Sequence record: OR413575.1
Length of the DNA: 64,000 nt
Direction: 5' to 3' (one strand)
Below, one piece after another: positions 27,809 through 36,469 of the stretch; position 1 is the stretch's first letter; each line of letters starts with the position of its first letter. The notes beneath the pieces are model-generated. The model did not search any database, had not been told where the DNA came from, and saw only the letters and a list, made by a program, of their open reading frames with translations. A program made the translations under genes and the position numbers.

Positions 27809-28449
27809 CCAGACCATATTTCCGTTGTTTAGAAGTAGAAGTAAAGGATTACGATACCGGTGATGTACGGGTTTATCAAACCAAACAAACTTGCGCTCGT
27901 GTGTTTGGGATAACCCACAAAACCGTATACAACTACATTCGTTCGGGGAAGTTACATTCTGAACGTTATTTATTCCGCCACTATATTCCTAATGCCTGTA
28001 TCCCATGGCCGAAACTCAGTGAGCTGGAAGAAACACGTCACTATGGAAAAGGAGTGGAAGTACGTGACGTTAAGACGATGGAAATATGGAAATTTAAAAC
28101 CTACGACGAAGCAGGTGAATTCCTCGGTGTCCATCATGACACGATCCGTCGTTGGGTAAGAGATTTGGATTATTCCGTTAAGCGGGGGCGTTGGCAGATG
28201 AAATCAGCTAACGATGTAAGGAAGTGGGAAACGATTAAAATCTTCGAAGTCAAACGTAAGACTGATAAGATTATTCGTAAACGAATTTTCTGCATCCCTG
28301 GTGATGGGCAACCTATCTTGTCATATCGCTCTAAGTCAGGCGCTGCGGAAGCGCAGTGTACCACCCGCAATAACATCGACAAGTATTTGGATACTCACAA
28401 ACCAGATGCTAAAGGGAGATTATGGTTATCTAACCATAACTCTAAATAA
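27805..28449 (+). CDS. triple NUMOD1/IENR1-like HTH DNA-binding protein
   Basis: Three repeats of the form V..D..TG....F.S...AA..LG.....I..Y; no nuclease motif seen. Confidence 0.65.
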   Translation: MTRPYFRCLEVEVKDYDTGDVRVYQTKQTCARVFGITHKTVYNYIRSGKLHSERYLFRHYIPNACIPWPKLSELEETRHYGKGVEVRDVKTMEIWKFKTYDEAGEFLGVHHDTIRRWVRDLDYSVKRGRWQMKSANDVRKWETIKIFEVKRKTDKIIRKRIFCIPGDGQPILSYRSKSGAAEAQCTTRNNIDKYLDTHKPDAKGRLWLSNHNSK

Positions 28450-28455
28450 CTAATA

Positions 28456-28481
28456 GAAAGGGCGAGTGCCCTTTCTTTTTT
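28456..28481 (+). terminator. intrinsic terminator
   Basis: GAAAGGGC-GAGT-GCCCTTTC, T6. Confidence 0.85.
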
Positions 28482-28499
28482 GATTTAAAGGATAATTAA

Positions 28500-29240
28500 A
28501 TGTACATTAACAACGAGTTCCCCGAATATCTCCGTAGTACTCCTGTAGTAGTAGCTCCTAACCATCCGTACGCTATTGTTGAACCTAACAGCGGCGAACA
28601 GATCCTACCGACTGATTTCAATAAAGTCCTGTCGGCCCGCCATAAAGGACTGATCAGTAATTTCCCGAAAGCCCTGTACAAAGTTACAAGCTATGGAGAT
28701 CTCATCGATCGTCTCATGGCTATGATTGCAGACTTCCCTGAAGACTACGGTGAAATCCAACATCATCTGATGGAGCAGGAAGGCGGTACGTTCGTTGTAG
28801 GTATTCAGGTCCCTATCCATGCCGATGCATCAAAAGGTGATTTCGAACTGAACATCGTCACTACGGTTGAAGTACCGTTTGATTTTGAGAAGTTCAATAA
28901 CCTGTATGATGATGAAGAGGTAATGGCCGTAGACGACTATGCGATTATGTCCAGTAGCGTAACATACGCACTGACGTTAATTGCGCAGAATACCAATCCT
29001 GAACGTCCGGGTTATACCGAAGTACTGAGTCACATCGCTAAAGGTCATGACACTATCGATCTTGTGCGTTGGGAATATATTGAGCGTGAACTCCGTCACG
29101 GTATTTCGGCAATTCATGTAATGCGTCGTTGGGGTCTGGTTGATAAGTCCGGTATCATCCCAGGGGCTCCGAAAGAGTACGATCGTTTCGTAGAAATTTT
29201 CAATAAAGTAAAGGAAGAGAAGAATGAGCAAGTTAGCTGA
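28500..29240 (+). CDS. acidic hypothetical protein
   Basis: AAGGA SD; 246 aa. Confidence 0.7.
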   Translation: MYINNEFPEYLRSTPVVVAPNHPYAIVEPNSGEQILPTDFNKVLSARHKGLISNFPKALYKVTSYGDLIDRLMAMIADFPEDYGEIQHHLMEQEGGTFVVGIQVPIHADASKGDFELNIVTTVEVPFDFEKFNNLYDDEEVMAVDDYAIMSSSVTYALTLIAQNTNPERPGYTEVLSHIAKGHDTIDLVRWEYIERELRHGISAIHVMRRWGLVDKSGIIPGAPKEYDRFVEIFNKVKEEKNEQVS

Positions 29241-29694
29241 AGAAGTTCTGGCTATCGCCGATGAAGGTATGGCGAGTATTGATGCAAGTCACATCGTTCT
29301 TCAAGAACAACAGCGTTTATCACTGACCGAAGATATGAGTAGCCTTACCCTTTCACCGATGACGGTTATGTTCTGGGCGCTGGCTGATTACCTGGCTACC
29401 GACTCAATAGATGCTATCGTCGTAGACGGTACAGAAGCCACCTGGCAGATGCACTTGCGCCGTGATGGTAAGATCGAAACCCGTACTACCCAGCAGCTGA
29501 TTGACCATCCTCAGCCGCCGGAAGAGCATTTAAAAGGCAAACTGGGTGTTATCATCCCTGCCTATTATTTGCTACGCTTTTACCAATTAGCTGGCGTATC
29601 TAAGTACGCCATAACCAAACAACATGGGGGTCTTGTAATAGCTGTAAATGATCCAGCTAATCCCCGTGTGTGGGCAGCTCACAAAGTAGAGTAA
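29224..29694 (+). CDS. hypothetical protein
   Basis: Overlapping start; co-oriented. Confidence 0.65.
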   Translation: MSKLAEEVLAIADEGMASIDASHIVLQEQQRLSLTEDMSSLTLSPMTVMFWALADYLATDSIDAIVVDGTEATWQMHLRRDGKIETRTTQQLIDHPQPPEEHLKGKLGVIIPAYYLLRFYQLAGVSKYAITKQHGGLVIAVNDPANPRVWAAHKVE

Positions 29695-29764
29695 GCTCTC
29701 AACCCCAGCCAATGCTATGGGAGGCCGGTAAAGCCTCCCTTAACAGTAACAGAGGAAGAAGCAT

Positions 29765-30442
29765 ATGAACGTCCGAAGTTTTATATTAGCAGTACTTGTT
29801 CTGCTATTCAGTTCCATGGCCCTGGCTAGTACTTCTACGCCAAAAGTAGAGTTTAACCAGAAAGGATGGGACAAGCACAAGTCCGCTATTATAAATGCAG
29901 CCAGGGAGACTAATACAAATCCTGTCTCACTTGCAGCATACGCATCCATTGAAACTACAATGGGCGCTAACATGACCAATAAGCGTAACAAGTCTGTTGC
30001 CGGGTTATTTCAATTTACCGACCGTACGTGGCGAGACCAGCTAAAAAGAAATGGTCCGAAGTACGGATTAAGTATGCAAACATCTAAATACAACAGTCGC
30101 GCCAATGCATTAATGGCCGCCGAACTCGCTCGAGAAAATCGCGAGTACCTGGAAAAGAAGTTGCGCCGCAAAGTAACCATGTCTGAAGTCTATATGGCTC
30201 ATATGCTCGGCGTATATGGTGCTGAACGAATCTTAAAAGCTGAAGATCATCAGATCGCTGCAAGAGTCACAACGCCATCGGGTAACAGGTCATTCTTCTA
30301 CAAAAACAAGAAGGCTGTTACAGTAGGTCAATTTAAAGCGAATATCCGCAACTACGTAGAAGGTCACGCCTCCGTTTATCGCGGTAGTACTATTCGTTAC
30401 ATGGCCACCACAATTGTAAAATCATCGTCGGTTCCGGTTTAA
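29765..30442 (+). CDS. lytic transglycosylase (SLT-like) with N-terminal signal peptide
   Basis: Signal peptide ending AMA/ALA-type; catalytic Glu in IETTMG; GLFQF..TW and YMAHMLG motifs. Confidence 0.8.
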   Translation: MNVRSFILAVLVLLFSSMALASTSTPKVEFNQKGWDKHKSAIINAARETNTNPVSLAAYASIETTMGANMTNKRNKSVAGLFQFTDRTWRDQLKRNGPKYGLSMQTSKYNSRANALMAAELARENREYLEKKLRRKVTMSEVYMAHMLGVYGAERILKAEDHQIAARVTTPSGNRSFFYKNKKAVTVGQFKANIRNYVEGHASVYRGSTIRYMATTIVKSSSVPV

Positions 30443-30532
30443 GATAGTTAACTATAAAGGAATCTTAGTTAATTCCCCAACTTCGGTTGGGGGCATCCGA
30501 CACTTACTATCCCAAACACGATAGAGGTAGTT

Positions 30533-31165
30533 ATGACATCGTTTATTTTACCTCCCCGCTATTTGGGAGTTAACCAGATCGAAATCCGCCCAGTGGAGTT
30601 AAGTGCTTTAATAGAGAAGCCATTAAACTTTATCAGACCGCCGGTCGATGGGTTCCGAGTTACAGACCTGACTAAGTTCGGTCGCTGGACTCCGTTTCGA
30701 CTGACCATCAACGGACAATCCCATATCGTATTACTGGACAAGTCGTTCAGTGATAATCGTAAGGCCCTGGACTACTACATCACCGTTTTGCAACGTTGCG
30801 TTAGCTTGGTGTGTAATAGTACAGATAACAATCCGGCTAAATATCGGTTAGAGATTGAAGATGGACTGTTAATTGACGGCGCACCTCGCCGACCTCAGTT
30901 AATGGAATTCTCTACGTTCTGCGATCTATTGAACGCAACTCTGACTTACAACCGGGACAAGTTCCGTATCGTAATTGGTTTGTTACATTCCTTCGGTACG
31001 AAACTACAGGCCTCTATCGAATATCAAGTTATGAAGGAGTTCCCTCGTCTTTCAAAAAATAGTCCGGAGACTCATTCTTTGAAGAACAAACCGTTTGATG
31101 GCAAAGCTCCCCCGCGTACAGCCATGGCGGACGCGTTTAGTAAAGCGCGTACGGATGAATCGTAA
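30533..31165 (+). CDS. hypothetical protein
   Basis: GAGGT SD. Confidence 0.7.
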   Translation: MTSFILPPRYLGVNQIEIRPVELSALIEKPLNFIRPPVDGFRVTDLTKFGRWTPFRLTINGQSHIVLLDKSFSDNRKALDYYITVLQRCVSLVCNSTDNNPAKYRLEIEDGLLIDGAPRRPQLMEFSTFCDLLNATLTYNRDKFRIVIGLLHSFGTKLQASIEYQVMKEFPRLSKNSPETHSLKNKPFDGKAPPRTAMADAFSKARTDES

Positions 31166-31176
31166 TGGTATTCATA

Positions 31177-31202
31177 GGCACCTTCGGGTGCCTTCTTTTT
31201 TT
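31177..31202 (+). terminator. intrinsic terminator
   Basis: GGCACC-TTCG-GGTGCC-TTCTTTTTT, identical to 2530. Confidence 0.85.
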
Positions 31203-31219
31203 GTTTAAAAGGAGGCGTT

Positions 31220-31792
31220 ATGAACGTCGAAAAGGAACTGTGTATTTTTGCACATATCCCCGTATTCACGGTCGGCCGTTTGAACAGCTACCCGTATCAG
31301 GTAATGGTCCAAGGTGACCTAAACACAACAACGCCAGAAGGTCTGCGTGTAACTAACCGCGTACGCCGGACGGAGGATAACGGTAAAGTAGTTTATACTA
31401 CAGCCACTAAGTTTCGTTTACCTCGCGTCGAAGGTTCTGTTAATACCAACGCACCTCAAGTCGAGTTCACTATCGACGAAGAAGATTTCAAAACAGTAAT
31501 GGGAGCATGTACTCAGCGTTATGTAAAACGCCGTTATACTGTTCCGTTACCGTCAGGTGTAAAGGTAGAGTTTGACCGATACCTTGAATCCGAAATGCCT
31601 TACGAGTTCAGTCGCATTGTTAAGATTGATATCGAAGGCGGAGATGAAGCTCAGATTGATGTTTATTTGGCAGAGCTTCGTCAGTTAGGTTTCCACGTTG
31701 GCGAAATTATAAATCCGCCGGGCGTAGAATCACCAGCTATAAAAGAAGCCATCGATGAACTGATGGGGTCGCGCTGGAACCTTGTTAATTAA
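31220..31792 (+). CDS. CYTH / triphosphate-tunnel-fold protein
   Basis: N-terminal VEKEL (ExE-like), RVR, K.R.YT, EFD.Y and IDIE in CYTH order. Confidence 0.55.
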   Translation: MNVEKELCIFAHIPVFTVGRLNSYPYQVMVQGDLNTTTPEGLRVTNRVRRTEDNGKVVYTTATKFRLPRVEGSVNTNAPQVEFTIDEEDFKTVMGACTQRYVKRRYTVPLPSGVKVEFDRYLESEMPYEFSRIVKIDIEGGDEAQIDVYLAELRQLGFHVGEIINPPGVESPAIKEAIDELMGSRWNLVN

Positions 31793-31833
31793 CAGACTCA
31801 AGTTTATAGAGTCGCTCATTTGGAGTTAGTATC

Positions 31834-32352
31834 ATGGACTCGCTGGTTTGCCCGTGCTGTAAACAGGATCGTCCTGAGAATGAAGTCATTCTTATTGATG
31901 ATGAACGTAATTTGTGGCAATGTAAAATCTGCATTATGCTGAATAAACAGCCATCTAAAGGAACACCTTGTTCGCGTGCAGAATATGAAGCACGTCGTAA
32001 GTTAGGAGCTGGAATGGTAATGCGCACTACAGCTACCGTTAAGACTACGGGTAAGGTTGTTACCGATTTCAAAGATTGTCCTGGGTGTTTGAAGAAACTA
32101 CCGAAAGGTGCTTTCTTGGGCAAAGGCCTCCGTGAGTTCAGATACTGCCTTACATGCAGAGACGAACAAATAGCTGTTGATTCTGAACGCGCTAAAAAAC
32201 TATTAGGCGGCGGGATCTTCAGTAGTATGAAGAAAATCGTAGCTCGCTGCCATTTGTGCGGCTGGATAGGCGATGTAGGATCGTTCAGCGTTGATACCGA
32301 ATCCCCCACCGGTATTAAACACCGCTGTCCTGAGGGGTGTAAAGGGAAGTGA
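31834..32352 (+). CDS. multi zinc-ribbon protein
   Basis: CPCC..CKIC, CPGC..CLTC, CHLC..CPEGC. Confidence 0.65.
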   Translation: MDSLVCPCCKQDRPENEVILIDDERNLWQCKICIMLNKQPSKGTPCSRAEYEARRKLGAGMVMRTTATVKTTGKVVTDFKDCPGCLKKLPKGAFLGKGLREFRYCLTCRDEQIAVDSERAKKLLGGGIFSSMKKIVARCHLCGWIGDVGSFSVDTESPTGIKHRCPEGCKGK

Positions 32353-32358
32353 CGTACT

Positions 32359-32793
32359 ATGGAACTTCATCTGGTAATTATCGACGGTCGCTTCGATCGC
32401 ATCGATTTATCCAGGGATGGAGTCCTTCTGTTTACGATTACAAGATACCAATCCAGAGGATTAGGTTTAGTTGCTTGTGTCAACGGTAGATTAGAATATC
32501 TTTATATCTACCGCCATAAAGCCGCTGTGCGTCAGGAAGTAAGATTCCGTTATGGCTTGGACGTCATATCCTCTCAGTTACGTAAACAAGGAAAGGAATT
32601 CAAAGGACTGTTCTGGGGCTCCCCAGTAGCGACAGATTATTTAAATGATCGCTGGTTCGGAGTAGGTAATACATTGTTAATGAGTCGTAATGGTAGATTA
32701 TCAGATCCATTGGAAAATGTACTGGTACGCAACCGATATTACGATATCGACACTGAACCATTGTTACAACATATTCGTACTTGGTTACAGTGA
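32359..32793 (+). CDS. hypothetical protein
   Basis: 144-aa ORF ending at a terminator. Confidence 0.65.
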   Translation: MELHLVIIDGRFDRIDLSRDGVLLFTITRYQSRGLGLVACVNGRLEYLYIYRHKAAVRQEVRFRYGLDVISSQLRKQGKEFKGLFWGSPVATDYLNDRWFGVGNTLLMSRNGRLSDPLENVLVRNRYYDIDTEPLLQHIRTWLQ

Positions 32794-32838
32794 CAGCACA
32801 AAAGCCTCCCCCGAAGGGAGGCTTCTTTTTTTTTTGTC
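32792..32838. terminator. bidirectional terminator
   Basis: AAGCCTCCC-loop-GGGAGGCTT; U-tract and GTC on +; TTTTGTGCTGTC on -. Confidence 0.85.
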
Positions 32839-33675
32839 TTATCTCGATTGACCTGCAATCAGGCCCCTGAGGAAAGTAGAATGGGCTGCTTTGTCATTCA
32901 TCCTGTTAACTGCCTGAATCTCATCCCTTAAGAAATCCGTGTAATTATCGTAAGCATCGGAATATCCTTCGATAATACCTTCAATCTTCGACAACTCAGC
33001 GCCGCCGTATAAATACCCAGAATCCAGATCAATAACGGTATTGTTATAGATCCACGCTTTGGCAGCGAACACCGCCAGTTGCGCTAATTGGAATACAGCG
33101 GGACCATTAAACGAACTCAGTTCATCATCCTGACCTAAACGACAGGTTAGGGAACCCTGTTGGATTTTACCCATGTAGTCGTTGATTACAACCGTGTTCT
33201 CAGCAATAAGTTCTACGGAAGCTGATCCGTTAATCGGAGCGGGACTTGCTGCACGCAATACTTGCTGTGCCTGCTGCATTAAAGGACTGTTACCACAGTT
33301 TTGAATATTACCAGCCGACATCTGCCAACCGTTGTTCAAATCTGCTGCAACTGTATTGTACCAGTAGTTAAAAGCAATTACTTGTGAGATACGTCTGCCC
33401 TTAGTCTTGGACTTAGGGATCCGCATAACGGTACGATAATCTTGGTTTTCCAAGAATTGTATCTCAGCGCCAGATAAAGGAATATTGACTGTCTCAGCAC
33501 CGAGGATGTCTAAGTCCTCAACAATCTGATCGGTGATTACGTGTTTACGAATCTCCCAATCAAGCCCTCCCGCGTATTTGTGGTTTCGGCCCATTCGCTT
33601 CAAGAAGGCCACTTCTAATACTGGCTTAGGTATAGCTCTCTTGATTTCATGGACGAGTTTATCTACAACAGACAT
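32839..33675 (-). CDS. conserved chimallivirus protein divergent from phuZ
   Basis: 278 aa; GGAGG SD; position typical of the core genome; function unknown to me. Confidence 0.65.
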   Translation of the reverse strand: MSVVDKLVHEIKRAIPKPVLEVAFLKRMGRNHKYAGGLDWEIRKHVITDQIVEDLDILGAETVNIPLSGAEIQFLENQDYRTVMRIPKSKTKGRRISQVIAFNYWYNTVAADLNNGWQMSAGNIQNCGNSPLMQQAQQVLRAASPAPINGSASVELIAENTVVINDYMGKIQQGSLTCRLGQDDELSSFNGPAVFQLAQLAVFAAKAWIYNNTVIDLDSGYLYGGAELSKIEGIIEGYSDAYDNYTDFLRDEIQAVNRMNDKAAHSTFLRGLIAGQSR

Positions 33676-33780
33676 ATACCCTCCAGCATGATGTAGTGTG
33701 TAAGAATATTTTTTGAGGCACTACCTGCTTGTTATGTACGAGTAGTGTTACATACGTTTACACCATATAAGAGGTTTATA

Positions 33781-34716
33781 ATGGAAACTAAGAATAAGGT
33801 TCGTATTTATGGCTGCGGCGGTTCCGGTACTAATATCCTGAACCTTCTGATGAAGCAGGATACCAGCAACCTTGCTGCGTTTGATCCTGTATTCGTCGAC
33901 AGCTCCGATTCCAACATTGCCGCTGGTTCCAATGTGTACCGTATTAACGGCATGAACGGTGCAGGTAAAGATCGTGAAGTCATGATGGGCCCTGCACGCC
34001 GTGAAGCAACTAACATCCTGGTTCAGCACGAACCATCGGAAGTTAACATTCTCATCTCTTCTGGCGGCGGTGCTACCGGCGCTGTAGTCGCGACTACTCT
34101 GGCCGAAGAAATCTGGGCTCAGGGCAAACGCGTCATCTTCTTCGTTGTGGGTTCTAATGAATCCCTGAAGACTGCGGAGAACACCTCTAAACATCTGCGT
34201 ACGCTGAACGGCGTCGCTCGCCAGCATGGTCACGTCTCTGTTGTCTTCTACGACAACAACGGCGACAATACCCGTCGTACTGAGGTTGATCGTTCTATGG
34301 TTCAAGGTCTGCTCGCATTCCTGGATCTGTACAGCGGCAACCACGATGAGCTGGACACCAAAGATGTTGAGAACTGGTTGTTCCTGGAAAAATCAGCTCA
34401 GCTGGAACCACAACTGGTGCTGATGGATATCGACACTTCTCGCGAAAATGCACTGGAGCGTCAGTATCCGATCTCTGTGGCAATCATCCACAGTAAAGCC
34501 GATGCCGGTAAAGGGACTATCCCTGCCGACTATACTACCGAAGGTTATCGCCGCGACAATAACGACACCTCGCTCTTCTTCTCCATCCATACGGAAGGTC
34601 TGAACAACATCATGACGGAACTTACCGACGTGATCGGCGGGTTCAAGAAAAGAGCAGTAGCGCGTCAAGCGACAGCTAACCAGGTATTCGGCGGTGGAAC
34701 TGGCTGGGATTTATAA
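33781..34716 (+). CDS. phuZ: phage tubulin PhuZ
   Basis: GCGGSGTNI, VDSS, GAGKDR and tubulin signature GGGATG; GAGGT SD before ATG 33781. Confidence 0.92.
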   Translation: METKNKVRIYGCGGSGTNILNLLMKQDTSNLAAFDPVFVDSSDSNIAAGSNVYRINGMNGAGKDREVMMGPARREATNILVQHEPSEVNILISSGGGATGAVVATTLAEEIWAQGKRVIFFVVGSNESLKTAENTSKHLRTLNGVARQHGHVSVVFYDNNGDNTRRTEVDRSMVQGLLAFLDLYSGNHDELDTKDVENWLFLEKSAQLEPQLVLMDIDTSRENALERQYPISVAIIHSKADAGKGTIPADYTTEGYRRDNNDTSLFFSIHTEGLNNIMTELTDVIGGFKKRAVARQATANQVFGGGTGWDL

Positions 34717-34814
34717 TGCCTAGCTTTCCATTTGCTCTGGGCAAGAAAGCAATTGCGCGGTTAAACCCTAAGACACTGGCGATCTTACGCCGCCGTTTTA
34801 AGGCGAAACGATAA
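34716..34814 (+). CDS. 32-aa cationic peptide coupled to phuZ
   Basis: TAATG overlap; MPSFPFALGKKAIARLNPKTLAILRRRFKAKR has 10 K/R and no D/E. Confidence 0.5.
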   Translation: MPSFPFALGKKAIARLNPKTLAILRRRFKAKR

Positions 34815-34826
34815 AAGCTCTTTATA

Positions 34827-35076
34827 TATGAGCGAATATCACCGCCATTGTTGCTAGCTCACTACAATCTGAAACCTAAATCACTCTCTTAAGTGAGAGT
34901 TAATGGAACACTGGTTTAAATGTACCAGAGGACGAAAAGCCTCTGTGGGAAAGGCAGCGATGATCGCAGCAGAAGAACCACAAGCGAATGGTAGTCTAGC
35001 TTAGCAAGAAAGGGTTGCTCCCTGATCAGCAAGCGTACCCCGGCCCCGGACTCCGTGGGCTGGGCATTATGCTGTC
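34827..35076 (+). ncRNA. candidate structured RNA downstream of phuZ
   Basis: TATG at 34827; long-range closing helix with several internal hairpins; terminal hairpin plus ATTATGCTGTC. Confidence 0.4.
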
Positions 35077-35104
35077 ACATCCTCAGAAGTAAAAATATTA
35101 CGAG

Positions 35105-35123
35105 TATATATTATCCTAGTGAA
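35105..35123 (+). promoter_or_regulatory. early-type phage promoter (variant)
   Basis: TATATATTAT-CCT-AGTGAA. Confidence 0.7.
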
Positions 35124-35139
35124 TCGATTAGGAGTGTAT

Positions 35140-35562
35140 ATGAAAGATGATTATGATTATATCATTAATCGACCAAGTTGGTTGAAGTTAGTTATACAGA
35201 AGTCGGAACGTGCAGGCTGTAAGATAGCTGATGTAGAAGACTTCTTAATAGATTTCCTCACGAACTTAGACATTACGTTAATGTCAGATGCGGAGTTTGG
35301 TGCTTACGACGATTATGAGAAGGATTCGTTCCTGGATTCGTTCTTTGATCAGATGTTAGAGAACTATGCTCAAGGATCGGGAAAGACCGTAGACGAAATA
35401 GAGAACTACGAAGCGTTCCTGTTAGATGTATTATGGTCAGGATGTCTGAGACGAATTATAAAGGACTTTGATAATCGTCTGAGTAATGATGAAGGATATG
35501 CGATTGAGCGTCTTAGGATCCATTCTAAGAAGGTTATAGTGCAATATATCAAGATGTCCTGA
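35140..35562 (+). CDS. acidic array protein 1
   Basis: AGGAG SD; shared array architecture. Confidence 0.7.
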   Translation: MKDDYDYIINRPSWLKLVIQKSERAGCKIADVEDFLIDFLTNLDITLMSDAEFGAYDDYEKDSFLDSFFDQMLENYAQGSGKTVDEIENYEAFLLDVLWSGCLRRIIKDFDNRLSNDEGYAIERLRIHSKKVIVQYIKMS

Positions 35563-35632
35563 TACTAAAGGGATTAATTTTTACATAAGTACCTCTTCTA
35601 TGACGAGCATGTAAAGGGGGTTTGGGGGTTAT

Positions 35633-36058
35633 ATGGAAGACGATCAATTATTTATAGTAGTACCAAGTAGTAAGCTAGTTCTAGCTCACGAACTAAGTGA
35701 TATGCCTTATCCATTAATGGGTTATTTAGGCGTAGCAATGAAGTTGTGGTATGTAGGAAATGATGACGGGGATAAAATCTTAGACCCGTATATGTTTTCT
35801 CAGACTGCGGAAATATACGGTTGCTATTACCAAGGAACTTTATTAGAAGACGTTACTAAACGTTGTGATAAAGATGATTTATTCCTATCCGCAATACAAG
35901 ACTTTATTTCATACTGGGATGCTAATAACGATCCTTATAAATACCTTTGCGATATCCGTATCTGTCGCAACAAGGTAGTGTTACTGTTCACGGATAAAGA
36001 AGAAGTTGATTACGAGCCGAAGATCGGTTTTGAATCAGGGAGTCAGGAGGTCGTGTAA
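35633..36058 (+). CDS. acidic array protein 2
   Basis: G-rich SD; shared array architecture. Confidence 0.7.
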   Translation: MEDDQLFIVVPSSKLVLAHELSDMPYPLMGYLGVAMKLWYVGNDDGDKILDPYMFSQTAEIYGCYYQGTLLEDVTKRCDKDDLFLSAIQDFISYWDANNDPYKYLCDIRICRNKVVLLFTDKEEVDYEPKIGFESGSQEVV

Positions 36059-36469
36059 ATGTTACCTGACCATAAACTGCTTGTAGTGATAATCGACATA
36101 ACTCGCTTACGCAGATATGCTGGGTATTACTGCAAGTTAGAAGAAGAGGACATAGAGGACCTCATCAAGTATAAATTAGTAAAGGACAATTGTGTTATAG
36201 TAGAAGGGTTTGATCACCGGATGGTCACCGAAAACGTAATTGAAGCATTACAGCAAGTACGTTACGAGGGCGGGATAAACATAAGGCTACCAGCAGGAGT
36301 AATAAGTGTTGAAGCGTTCACGCTCCGACGTAATTCCATCGTGCTCGAATGCTCGGGATGTGGAGGAGAGTTTAACGCTCTTGGTACCGTACGCGATCAA
36401 GATACTTACCTACGATCTCGTGTTTACGGAAAAGCTGAGGGCAGACGAAGTCCAAGACGTCGTTATTAG
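36059..36469 (+). CDS. array protein 3
   Basis: GGAGG SD; start abuts the previous stop; C-terminal tail overlaps the next ORF. Confidence 0.65.
   Translation: MLPDHKLLVVIIDITRLRRYAGYYCKLEEEDIEDLIKYKLVKDNCVIVEGFDHRMVTENVIEALQQVRYEGGINIRLPAGVISVEAFTLRRNSIVLECSGCGGEFNALGTVRDQDTYLRSRVYGKAEGRRSPRRRY

Noticed and set aside
31785-32309. 174-aa minus-strand ORF over the zinc-ribbon gene
   Set aside because: The + strand ORF has the coherent Cys pattern, SD and operon context.
33748-34344. 198-aa minus-strand ORF over phuZ
   Set aside because: Antisense shadow of a highly biased gene; no expression signals.
34830-35040. tmRNA, SRP, RNase P or tRNA identity for the structured interval
   Set aside because: No acceptor stem, T-loop, CCA end, tag reading frame or full consensus motifs; kept only as an unknown RNA candidate.
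18215-35140. ORF-track starts at GTG 18215, 24642 and 35119
   Set aside because: These GTGs are inside the AGTGAA promoter element; SD-supported ATGs lie downstream.
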